From IMG/VR virus record IMGVR_UViG_3300022924_000001, positions 1 through 64,000 of that record: a DNA stretch of 64,000 nt. The stretch is one strand, 5' to 3'. The position numbers were made by a program, and so were the translations under genes. A model generated the notes under the pieces. The model searched no databases and was not told where the DNA came from. It saw nothing but the letters and a program-made list of their open reading frames with translations. Shown piece after piece: positions 7,773-18,700 of this stretch. Within the stretch, counting starts at the first letter, position 1; every line of letters begins with the position of its first letter. This DNA comes from a virus.

Positions 7773-10436
7773 TTAACTTTTGCCTCCAAATCTTTTCTTG
7801 GTTGCACGTTTTTTAGTTTTTGATACATCTGTAGTTACTAGAGGTGAAGCTAAAGCTTGTTCTTTATAAAATGTTGGCATAACCCCTAACCTCTCTATAC
7901 CATTATTACCGTATCCAAAGTTACTATACAGTTCATTAAGTCTATTAACATTATTTACCGCATTGTAATTAGTCAAATTTACAGCTTGCATTTGATTATA
8001 GTAATTTCTTGTATTTTGGTCTGTAATTGCCTTGGCCGTTAATATTTTTCGTTCGTAGTCATTCAAATCTACCCCCCTTGCATTTTCTTCCTGCATCTGA
8101 ACCTGCGCGTTAAACTGTTGCGACTGTGCATCCGAGCCCAGATTTTGCCTGTTTGTGTCTGCTATAGTTTTTGCAATATTCTGCTGGGTAATAGCGGATA
8201 AATTAGCTAGTGCTGCTGTTCTTTGAGAATCAGGCAATTGGTTTATCTGTTGCTGTGCCTGTGATTCCTGCGCCCTTAATTCTGATATTTGCTGGTCAGG
8301 TGTAAGCATAAGAGGATCAATCCTGTCATATCTTCTTGTTAATTTTAATGCACCTTCCAAACTATCAGGCATTAGTGGCATCTGATTAGGTAAAAGCAAT
8401 GTATTTAGATTATCTCTCTGTCCTTGTGTTGCTACTACGTCTTCCTGTGTATTTACAGGCTCTGTGTAAGGATTATATTGGTTAGGGATATTTCCTGCTG
8501 TAGGTAAAATGTTATTGTATACAGGTGTCTGTAAATAGTTTGCCGGGGCATTTGGAAACCTGTTCTCAATAAGTCCGTCTGCAAATTGGTTTAGGTAGAA
8601 TTCAGAGGTATCCAATCCTTTTGACTTCATTACTGATACCAATGCGTTTTTTTCTTCCGGTGTATATTGGGCGGAAGGTTTATCGGCAGGTATTCCTATT
8701 TGTGCAAATATCTCAGGGTTATTGGCTTTTATCAAATCTACGCCTTTGGCGGTAATATCCACAGCTCTTGCGTATTGTTCCGTTGATTGTGGTTGATTGG
8801 CTACTGACCAGTTTTGTAATTCTGCAACTGCGGCATTCAGGTCTTTCTCATTTCCTGTTATATTTCCATCATATCCTGCAAAACGGGCAGTACTTAAAAA
8901 GTCTTTCAAGGTCTGTCTTTTCTGCTCTTCTGTGCGTGGATGGTACCCTCCTATCTGGTAAGTAGCCTCAGTATTCTCCTCATCTGATTTAGAGGCTTCC
9001 TGTCTATTAAATACATCGTCCATCAGTGACTTTCTTGCCTCTTCCAAAGGTGTTTTCTGCTCTTCCAGTTCAGCGAGTTTTGTAGACAAAAATTCCTTAT
9101 TCAAATCTACTGTTGTAGTGGCACTTTGATTGTCTCTTACTATCTCTTCCTGCTTCTTTAGTTTTTTTATTATGTCTTCCTGTTCTTCAACCAATGCTTT
9201 TAATCCTGATTTTGCAGTAAACTTATCCAACACCTTTGCGTAGGTATCTTTGGGTCTTACTTCTAATCCAAAATTATCGGTATAGTGCTTTGCATTTTCT
9301 TTACCTACTTTTAAGTGATCTGATACAATTCTCTCTCCGGGTTCCAGATTTACATGAACTCCTCCCTTTTCGTGTGTGTCTCCTATAGCTTTTGTAATGC
9401 CTCCCAAGTTATCCTGCAAGTACTCATTATGTTCTACTTCTGCTGTTACACTAGGATCATTCTTATTTAGGGAAGTGGTGTATTCTCCAGTCAATTCTTT
9501 AACAATAGTCCCACCTTTTTGCATGAAGTTTTCCTGCGGTGATTGTAGTTGTTGCATTATACCCTCTACTAGTTGGGTTGCTTGATTTTCTTCCATGCCT
9601 GATTCTATAAGAGTCTGCAATACCTGTTGTGGGTCTGCTCCCTGCTGTAATGCCTGCACTATTTGTGCTTCTATTCCTTGTTGTCCGCCTTCCTGAAAGG
9701 ATTGTGTTGCAGGAATTTGTGCCTGTCGTACTCTTCTGTCATACTCTGTCTGTATAAAATTCTCCCTGTTACCAAGTCCTAAACCTCCTACAATATTTCT
9801 ACCTAGGCCTGTAAGTAACTTGGCTGAACTTCCTACTATACCCAAATCATTTTTATCCTTTATGGATTGTCCTAGAAAAGTGGCGGCACTTTGCAAATCT
9901 ACTCCTCCATAAGGATTGAAGTATTGTATAGGCGGTGTATATTTATTTTCAGTGTCTGTTGTCTGTGGGGTGCCTTCAAAATATAGAGGACTCCTTGTAT
10001 CATTTATAGGATAATACGGGGTTGCTGTCTGTGGTTGTTCTACTCCATAAGTCGTAGTTACATTACCCATAGTTTCAGGACTTGTTGTAGCGGTTACGGT
10101 AGGACTGTTACTATTCATATATGCATTTCCCATTCCCTGAGTTATTGGATAATTCGTAGGGGTAACTTGAGCCTGAGTAGTAGGCATTGGAGCATTGAGA
10201 ATGTTCTCAAAATTTGCATTTGCCGAGTAGTTTGGGTTAAATATCTGGTTCATACTTAAAGCATTTCCTACTCTTACAGGGTTTGCTATAGTCTGAGGAA
10301 TATCGTCTTTTTTTCTCGGTATTCTTACATTATCCCAAGTAGAGCTTCCAAAAGAGCCTAAAAAATCAGTGAATACGTTATTCGGTACTTGTGTTCCTCC
10401 CTGATATTTAGGTTTTCTATTTATCTTTTTTTTCAT
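7773..10436 (-). CDS. large virion/ejection-type protein (887 aa)
   Basis: Long ORF whose start overlaps the stop of the 774-aa gene. It has Q/P/N/T-rich low-complexity N-terminal and C-terminal parts and a basic C-terminus. It shares a PQENFMQKGGTI module with the neighbouring gene. Confidence 0.8.
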   Translation of the reverse strand: MKKKINRKPKYQGGTQVPNNVFTDFLGSFGSSTWDNVRIPRKKDDIPQTIANPVRVGNALSMNQIFNPNYSANANFENILNAPMPTTQAQVTPTNYPITQGMGNAYMNSNSPTVTATTSPETMGNVTTTYGVEQPQTATPYYPINDTRSPLYFEGTPQTTDTENKYTPPIQYFNPYGGVDLQSAATFLGQSIKDKNDLGIVGSSAKLLTGLGRNIVGGLGLGNRENFIQTEYDRRVRQAQIPATQSFQEGGQQGIEAQIVQALQQGADPQQVLQTLIESGMEENQATQLVEGIMQQLQSPQENFMQKGGTIVKELTGEYTTSLNKNDPSVTAEVEHNEYLQDNLGGITKAIGDTHEKGGVHVNLEPGERIVSDHLKVGKENAKHYTDNFGLEVRPKDTYAKVLDKFTAKSGLKALVEEQEDIIKKLKKQEEIVRDNQSATTTVDLNKEFLSTKLAELEEQKTPLEEARKSLMDDVFNRQEASKSDEENTEATYQIGGYHPRTEEQKRQTLKDFLSTARFAGYDGNITGNEKDLNAAVAELQNWSVANQPQSTEQYARAVDITAKGVDLIKANNPEIFAQIGIPADKPSAQYTPEEKNALVSVMKSKGLDTSEFYLNQFADGLIENRFPNAPANYLQTPVYNNILPTAGNIPNQYNPYTEPVNTQEDVVATQGQRDNLNTLLLPNQMPLMPDSLEGALKLTRRYDRIDPLMLTPDQQISELRAQESQAQQQINQLPDSQRTAALANLSAITQQNIAKTIADTNRQNLGSDAQSQQFNAQVQMQEENARGVDLNDYERKILTAKAITDQNTRNYYNQMQAVNLTNYNAVNNVNRLNELYSNFGYGNNGIERLGVMPTFYKEQALASPLVTTDVSKTKKRATKKRFGGKS

Positions 10437-12757
10437 TTCTTTTTTATTTGCGGATATTCAGTCACTGAATTACCATTAAATTTATAGTTTTCTCCCGGGT
10501 ACATCATTTGTATGTGACCTGTATCTGATATTCCAAGAACAGGTGTTTTTATAGGCTCTCCTGTAAGGGGGTTAGGTTTCATAGTTATCTCATTGGAATT
10601 TATTTGAGTGATTTCTCCCGGGTACATCCACTGCCCAAGATCGCTATTAATAAGTCCGCCTTGTTGGTATACGGGAGTTACTATACGAGTATTGGTTGGC
10701 GCTATATAGGGTAAATCTTGGCTTCCATCAAATCTGTAATTGGTTTGAGAACCATTATAGGCGGTAGAGCCTTGAATACTATCCTGTATGTTCCAATATT
10801 GGGGAACTCTTACTGGATTATTCATGTTTGCATCTCCCTCCAATTCAAAACTATTTGTTACTAATCCTTCAGGGGTCATACCTTTTAAAGGTGTATAACT
10901 TTCTCTCTTCTGCAATACAGGAGGCAGATTAGCCTTTACTTGTTGATATGGTGTTCCTGCTGTACCATACCTTTTAATCCTTTCTTTCTTTTCAGATTCA
11001 GTAAGTAGGTCATAAGGTTTAACAGATATTGGATCATAAGAAGATATATTAATAGCATCCCCATACATTGAATCTTTTTTATTTACATTAGAATATCCAG
11101 AAATATATGTCGGCTCAACCCTTTTATCAAAAAGTTGCATAGGAGCTCTAGTATCCAATAGTGCATTAGCGGCTTCTCTTTGATAATATCTATTTTCATC
11201 AATATTTTTTCTATATTGCTCTTTAGGTAAAAACTGATAATTAGAAGTTCCGTTATTAAGTGGAACCCTAGCACCACTAAAATGTTGTACTGCTTCATCA
11301 TTACTTTCAAACGCAGCTTTTCCTAACCCTCTTCCTTTTATAATACTTCCGTCTATCTGATAGTTCTTATTTTTATTATAATAACCTAAAACTTTTACAG
11401 AATTATTATATAAATTCAAACTATCTTGACGGGTTACCCCTCCTCTTTGATAAACCGGGGTTACAGTTCGCGTATTGTTTGGAGAGATATATGGAAGATC
11501 CTGAGTGCCATCAAACCTATAATTAGTCTGAGAACCGTTGTAATTTGTTGAGCCTTGTATTGTGTCTTCAATATTCCAGTACTCGGGTGTTCTCACCGGA
11601 TTATTAATACCCATATCCCCTTCTAATTCGAAATCGCTTGGTACTAGCCCTTCAGGTGTCATTGGAGGAAGAGCCTTTATCTCTGGCGGTGATTGGACTA
11701 TATTACTCTGCAATACAACAGGCTGTACAGGTTTCTTGTATACGGGATATTCTATTACGGATCCTGTTGCACCATTACCCTGTGTATTATTATATAGATT
11801 ATGTCCTATTGGGGCTATTCCTGTTTTCTGTTGAAAATAAATATCTCTGGGGTTCATATCTGACGCATCCTGATCCTTCCAATATTTAAAAGGTTTTCCA
11901 TTGGTCATCATAGACCTATCATTCGCATTTACACCTTCATTATACATCATTAAGCTGTCTTGATAAGATTTATAACGCGGATCATTTTTATCCTTGACAG
12001 CTATTGTCCCGCCTTTTTGCATGAAGTTTTCCTGCGTCTGGTATTGTGCGGGATCTACATAATCCACTGCTGTATTACCTATAATCTTAGCTATATAATT
12101 TCTTTCTGCCATTTTTTCCTCTAGCCTTTTCTTTGCATCTTCCTGTGAAGTATCTGCTAAAATAGGCTTTTCTTCTGTATCTGGCAAACTACTTAAATTC
12201 TGGGTAGTGTCGGGTGGAGTGTATAAGTCTACAACAGGTTCTGCTAGGGCAGTAGTGGTAGAGCCTACTTTTATATTCATCTTTGCCGATGCCCAGTCGT
12301 ATAACTGACCGATTGTTTTTAAACTCCCATCTTTATTATATACCACAGACTTATTAGCTTTTATTGCGCCCGGGGACAATACCGAAGATACAGGTGCATT
12401 AGGTTCTGCATTGTAACCTTTGAAAAAAGTACGGGCTCCTCCTGCCCCCAAAAAATGTCCCAAATACCTATCTGCATCATTTAATTCCCGACCTACAACA
12501 GGTTTTATGTAGCTCTCATTTAACCTAGTGAACTCCCTCATAACCAAATCAGCTTTTTTAGGATCTTTACGGTCTTCTAGGTTATACTTAAGTCCAAGTT
12601 GGTTTACCACTCCCTTCCAAGTTGAGTCCGTAAATTGGTATAATCCTGTAGCTGAACTTGTAGGATTCTTGGCAGCCGGATTTCCTCCGCTCTCTACCTG
12701 TGCTACTTTTCTTAGGAATGGGTTTAAAGGGTCTTCTTTATATTCTTGGAATCTCAT
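10433..12757 (-). CDS. virion-associated lytic transglycosylase (SLT-like N-terminal domain) with two 75-aa repeats
   Basis: The N-terminus VAQVESGGNPAAKNPTSSATGLYQFTDSTW matches the catalytic E-S plus GLxQ signature of lytic transglycosylases. It sits among giant virion genes. Confidence 0.8.
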   Translation of the reverse strand: MRFQEYKEDPLNPFLRKVAQVESGGNPAAKNPTSSATGLYQFTDSTWKGVVNQLGLKYNLEDRKDPKKADLVMREFTRLNESYIKPVVGRELNDADRYLGHFLGAGGARTFFKGYNAEPNAPVSSVLSPGAIKANKSVVYNKDGSLKTIGQLYDWASAKMNIKVGSTTTALAEPVVDLYTPPDTTQNLSSLPDTEEKPILADTSQEDAKKRLEEKMAERNYIAKIIGNTAVDYVDPAQYQTQENFMQKGGTIAVKDKNDPRYKSYQDSLMMYNEGVNANDRSMMTNGKPFKYWKDQDASDMNPRDIYFQQKTGIAPIGHNLYNNTQGNGATGSVIEYPVYKKPVQPVVLQSNIVQSPPEIKALPPMTPEGLVPSDFELEGDMGINNPVRTPEYWNIEDTIQGSTNYNGSQTNYRFDGTQDLPYISPNNTRTVTPVYQRGGVTRQDSLNLYNNSVKVLGYYNKNKNYQIDGSIIKGRGLGKAAFESNDEAVQHFSGARVPLNNGTSNYQFLPKEQYRKNIDENRYYQREAANALLDTRAPMQLFDKRVEPTYISGYSNVNKKDSMYGDAINISSYDPISVKPYDLLTESEKKERIKRYGTAGTPYQQVKANLPPVLQKRESYTPLKGMTPEGLVTNSFELEGDANMNNPVRVPQYWNIQDSIQGSTAYNGSQTNYRFDGSQDLPYIAPTNTRIVTPVYQQGGLINSDLGQWMYPGEITQINSNEITMKPNPLTGEPIKTPVLGISDTGHIQMMYPGENYKFNGNSVTEYPQIKKK
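10655..10879 (-). repeat. intragenic 75-codon repeat, copy B (MTPEGLVTNSFELEGD...VYQQGG)
   Basis: Aligns without gaps to copy A at 11438-11662, with most residues identical. Confidence 0.9.
11438..11662 (-). repeat. intragenic 75-codon repeat, copy A (MTPEGLVPSDFELEGD...VYQRGG)
   Basis: See copy B. Confidence 0.9.
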
Positions 12758-15700
12758 TGTTCTGTTTTTTCTTGTGTTACTCCAAACCTGTAGATATACT
12801 GGTATCTGGATTCTTGGTCTTGTGTAAGTCTTATATTAAAATAAAGCCCTTTCATTTTTTCCAATATTTTCTTACCGCCGAATTTTACTATGTCACTATT
12901 TATTGTCTTATTTATTTGATTTGCATCCCAAATCCATAGAGGATTATTGGTATCGTTATTTAAAACCCGGTTGTAAAAATAATTTATAAACCAATTGTCG
13001 TTTTTATAGGTTGCAAGTATCTGTTGTGAATTTTTATCATCACTTGTTTTAGGATACTTAGATATAAGTGATGCTGAGCCACTGTTATTGACCAATTCCA
13101 ATTTTCCAGTGTTGCTTAAATTATTATATATAACCAAACTTGAAAAAGGTTTGTTCTGTAATTCTGCCCAGTCGTATTTACCGTGGTATCTTCTGGTATT
13201 GGAGTTAAAAGATAAGCTCTCTAGATTCTTTTCTCCCAGCACAGTTTTGGTTGTGTAATCTATTATAAAGGGTTGTTTAACGCCGTAGAACACCTGATAG
13301 GATTGGTTTGTCAATAAGTGACTCCAGAGTCCCTTGTCACTTCCTATAGAATTTATTCCTGTCTGAAAATAATTTTGATGGTTAATATAGTAATTGGGAG
13401 CAAAGCTGTAAAAACTTATCCATTGGTTTAATATAGGACTGTAGGCAATTGTGAAACTCACTTCCTTGAAATATTCGGGATCAGTTATGTCTATAGGAAT
13501 AATAACATCATTTAAAACAGGTTCTGTTGTTTGGGTACACTCGCAAATATCCTCATCCCTTACACAACTGTCTACACAATTTGGTTGGGCTGTTTCTGTA
13601 CATCCAACACCGTTTACTATTGCATCAACCACACTGTCACTGATATCAATACCAAAAGGTTTAAAATAATAAGTGCCGCCCGTCACACTGGCATAATTCT
13701 GCATAATATAAGTGTTGTTAGGAGGCGTTATACCTACCGGGGGTACAGGTGGTATAACTGTATTATTTCCTGTAAAGTACGAAAATATTTTAACTCCCAT
13801 GTTATTTGCCTTTGTAGCTTGTGCATCAGCATTTAACCAATCGGAAAAGTCATATGCATCATCAAACCCAGATGGCCTTTCATCTGTAGTGAATATAATT
13901 GCTTTTGCAGCATTTTCCCTGAATACTCCTATTGTTGTAGCGGATACTACCGTACCGTTTTTATCCAGTGCGGGACTGTTGTCAAGAGCTGCGGCCAACG
14001 CCAAGTCAGATGGTTCTGGATTACCCGCCCCAAATGCTGCTGATACTGTATTTATCTGTGTTAAAAAAGTTGTCTCGTTACCTAAAGAAAAAGGCTCTAA
14101 TATCTCAAAAAGGAATTGTCCATCACCCCTTTGATCCCTTATCACTATTAAAGACAGTCGGTAATCTGCACCAAAGTTTTCTATTATTGCAGGTACAATA
14201 TCGCTACTTATAGCATTTTTGATATTATCTATAGTTCCGCCCTGAGAAGCTGTAGCGTCAAGGACAAAAACTATGTCAAGACCTTCTGAACAATCTCCTG
14301 TTGTTCTCTCACACAGCTGGGTTCCTGTATTAAAACTGTATCCACTTGGACAGGCAGGACTCAAAACAGTTTTTTCACAAGTATTTGTTTCGGTATTTAA
14401 AGTATAACCTATAGGGCATGTAAGAATTTTCGGGGTATCATTGCACTCCGTATCGTTCACCACAAACCCTGTTGGTGTATATTCTATACACTTATCGTCT
14501 AGTGGTACATAATCTTTTTTAGTTATAAACACCCTATTAAACCTGCTGTCAAAACCCATCGAGATACCTATACCGTTATATGCATTGTCGGTATCAACAT
14601 CAGGGAAATATTTTAATATCTTAAATGGGAGGTGTTCCTTAAACCAATTTCGCATTCCTTGGTCATATCCTGAAATCTCTTTCATTCCCTTACCGCTGTT
14701 CTCAATTTGCATTACCTGACCTCTCTTGGCATCTACATGGAAGTGCCCGAATTCATTTGAGATACTCTGTGAAGACTGTGTTCCTCCATAACCTAATTCT
14801 GTATTGGAGAAGGTGATGGGTCTGCGGGCGAATATACCACCTGTTCCCAAAGATTGTGTTGAAGGTGTTATTCCATCCACCAGAACATCAACTGCATTAA
14901 ATATCGCCGTTGTATTTTCAAATCTGGCAAGTACCTGTTCACTTTCTATACCCCGTAATTCCTTAAGTTTCCCAAAGGAAGTCTTGAACTCGTAGGTATC
15001 CAAAGGACGGTATATGAGCCAAGGATCTGATAAGTTGTTTTCGCTGTTATCAGGCAGGCTGTACCTTACCCCATTTGGGCTGTCAAATCTGCAATCGTAA
15101 AGCTCTTTTTCGTAGGTTGACGGTAATCCCCTATATCCTAGTGATGTTGTATTTTTTGAGTAAACGGGATTGTAAAAGAAAGTATTGGGTTTTTTAATAC
15201 TTACATCTCTTTCCTGAGTAAAATCCATATAATCTCCTACATTAGGGTAGAAATTATTTTCCGGTTCTTTTCTGGCTTCCCTGTAATCTGTATTAATCTC
15301 TGTTTCAACCATCATTCCCGGGATACCATAATAGTATAAGTAGAACTTGCTTGGCTCCTGAATATACATATCCCTTTCCCCTCTCAAGCTGTCAAACCTG
15401 TATTCACTGTCAAAATCTGGAAATATGGCAGCACCTGAGCTTGTAGAGCCTCCTAATTCATAGTCGACAAAGAATCTTGGTTGGATTCCTATATTATTGT
15501 ACTTTCTATAGTCAAAAGGAGTTAGTGATGCCGTACCCATAGCATCTACAGAGAATAGGGGTAATTTTCTTTTGATATAATATCTTGTGATAAAGGTATC
15601 ACCACCAAATATCGATATACAGGAATCACTTGGGTTTTTTAAGTCTCCCCTATACCCTGTGGATATCCACGTAATGCTGCCTAAAGTACCGTATTGGGCA

Positions 15701-18700
15701 GCTATATAATTTTTTAGTTTTACATAAGGGCTTGCAATATTTTTAAAAATATCGACACTTTTACCCGATTTATCTATACCTGACTCGCTGGCAAAGGTAA
15801 GGCTGGAACTGTTAAAATCTATATTTCCATTATCATACTCCTTATACTGGTCTTCCCATACAAGAGGGTAATCTTCCCCTAGTGAAATAAATACTGATCT
15901 CTCCCGGTCTAAATTATTTATATTTAGTTTCTCACCTGTGACATCATTTACGGTTGTAAAATTCCCTTCTTTTAGATTCTTGCCCACATTTAATCCCCGC
16001 ACCAAATTACCTTCTTCCTGTAATGCCTGAATGTAATTATAATACCCTTCAGATGCGTAATAGTAAGCAAAGTTTTTTGGACTTCCTAAATCCCTGAAAG
16101 CCTTTAGCCATTCATATCTGTATCTACCTGTGATAGCTACTGCCTCTAATCCTCCTAAACTTGCTGCAAGTGCACTTAACCCTATCCCTACAATATTAGT
16201 AGAACTACTTGTACCTAACTGAACCCTATAATTCTCTCCTGCCGCAGCCAATTTGATAGCCAGTTCTGCTGCGGATTCAAGTCCAGCCAATAGAGTAGCT
16301 ACTGTTTTTGCTTTACGTCCTAATATTACCCACTTAGGGTGGTCTTTTACGGGGGCAAAATTACCTTTTGACTTACCAAACACATAACCCTCTACCTTAA
16401 GTTCGGTAGGTATGGTTCTCTTATAAAAGTCAGTCTCTGGCGAATGGAAGGTAAAATTATAGTTGGAGTTTGAGTTATGAGGCAACAATGCTGTTCTATT
16501 CTCGACATAGTTAAGCTTATCATTTCCTAAGTCATTATACGGATAATTAGGGTAATATTTGGTATTTCCCTCTTCCATGTATTTACGCATGTCAAAAAGA
16601 TAACCGGAAGCCTCTACACTTTTATTTGCCGTACGGTCTCCTCTTAAAACTTCATAACCTACTATACTCTCTCTTTGCTGTTGGGTAATAAGATTGTTTT
16701 TTACGGCTATATCAAGAAAAGAAGTAATTACATTTTCATTTACAGTTATACCTAATGGGTATATTACAGTGGGGGCAAAGGGGGCTAATCTGTCATCCCA
16801 CATAAAAGGTGCCACTTTATTATCCGGCATTTTAAAATGTCTTATAGGTTGGCATCTGAAATCTGTAGAGTTTTTCAGTAAGTACTTTCCTTCTGAATAC
16901 CCTGTTGTAAATTTCTGTTCGAACTGTAAACGTATTTCACTATCCTGAAAATCCGAAACATCTATTTTTAAACTTTTGGAATTATATAGTTCTGCATTAT
17001 CAGGATAAGTATCCGTACTCTCTGAATAACCAAAGTCTCCTTTTTTATAGGGGAATGCTGTACAGTCCTGTATGATAGGAATCTCGTATTCACAGTCTGA
17101 TACATAGGTCTGCTTTTTATCTAAAGTAATAGAATCATAGCTTACATCAATCCTTGCAATCTCGATGCTTCTGGTAACAACATTAAAGCAGCCGCGTGTA
17201 GGTGCAGTTCTGTAAAATGGATCGGATGCTGCATTTATTCCGCTTGCTATCGGTGTATCTAAAACAGCATAAAAATCATTCCCTATAAATCCGGTTACAG
17301 TTGTAACAACATTATTGCTGTCTTCAAACAGCACATCTGCTCCTGACTTTGTTATTTTTATTTGTGTCCCCTGACGCAAATCTATTATCTGACAGTAAAG
17401 AGGCGTTGTTGAACTGCATTTATTGAAAATATTTAATCGTATTTTAGCGCCGTTATCAGCACCATTGATATCTATATTATCATCGGTCTCATTTAGCTTG
17501 TATTTACTTACTTCAAATATGAGGCTGTCTTGTGTCTGGAAGCCTGACTTAAACCAGAGCCCCCCCTCATGTATCTTATCATAAAAAGTACCTGCACCAT
17601 ATACTGAATCACATCCTGCATCTTTTGAGGTTAATACACCTGCCAAAGTGTCTGCTCCATAATACATATGGAAATAAGACTCTGTAGGTTCATCTATAGT
17701 TTGTATATTCTGTAATTGGTCTGCATAGCTGCATTGTGTATTTGGAGAAGCAAAGTTTCTCAGATAGACTGTATCTCCTCCCGGCATATATTGCTGTTCG
17801 AAGTCAGTGTCCCTTTCATATCCGCCCGCAGGTTTTACAGTAAACATGCTGCAAGAAGGTGTTGTCCTTATCTTTACATATTCATCAGGAAAACTCTTTG
17901 GTATTTTATTTACCAATTCGCCCATTACATTATTTACAAGAAGAATCTCATCTGCTAATTCAGGCTCCCCACAGTTATCTGTAAAAACAGGAGTACAATT
18001 CTGGTCGGAATAGTCAGATATATTAAAATAATCACAGTAGTCGTACTCCTCACAATCGTCCTTATTATCCTCAATAAAATCCTTTAGGTTAGTATAATCA
18101 TCAGGGTTTTCTATTGTTAGTGTACCCGCTGGGATTACAACTACACTTTCTACAATACAGAACTTTTTTTGCTGTTCTATAACTATATTGGTTTCTATGT
18201 TTTCAGTAAGGCACGTACCTGTCTCTATCGCGTCATTATAGTACTGCCATCTTTGTGTTCGCCCCTGTATAATACAATTGGCTACGCTCGCTTCAATAGA
18301 GGCTCTGTCCTGATTGTTTATCTCTGTTCGGTCTAATACAGTGGATTCTCTTCCTATGAGTGGGAAATTGGCTGTATAGTAACCATCATTGGTCAGGAAT
18401 CTCAATGCTAAAGGGTAGGTTTCATCCCGGTTATATCCCCTGAATTGGGAGGCCGCTATACCTGACTGGTACAACCCTTCTTTTGCTATAGAAGTCTGCC
18501 ACTGGAAAAAAGAACCCATTAAACTCACAACAGGTTGCAAATTCCATTCTTTTTCTGTCTCTAGTCCATATAAGAAAAGTGTGTTATTGGAATCGGTAAG
18601 ACCTTCTGCTTTTTTTATTGTAGGATTCCGCTTAATTATAGCAGTAAAATCTATCCTGTCTTTTCTCTCGGAAGTAGTGTAAATTACAGAGTTGTCATCT

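Noticed and set aside
11083-11310. Same-strand nested ORFs (11083-11310 inside the 774-aa gene; 34830-35021 inside the 221-aa gene).
   Set aside because: They are out-of-frame and wholly inside longer ORFs with recognisable domains or context. No independent signals were seen.
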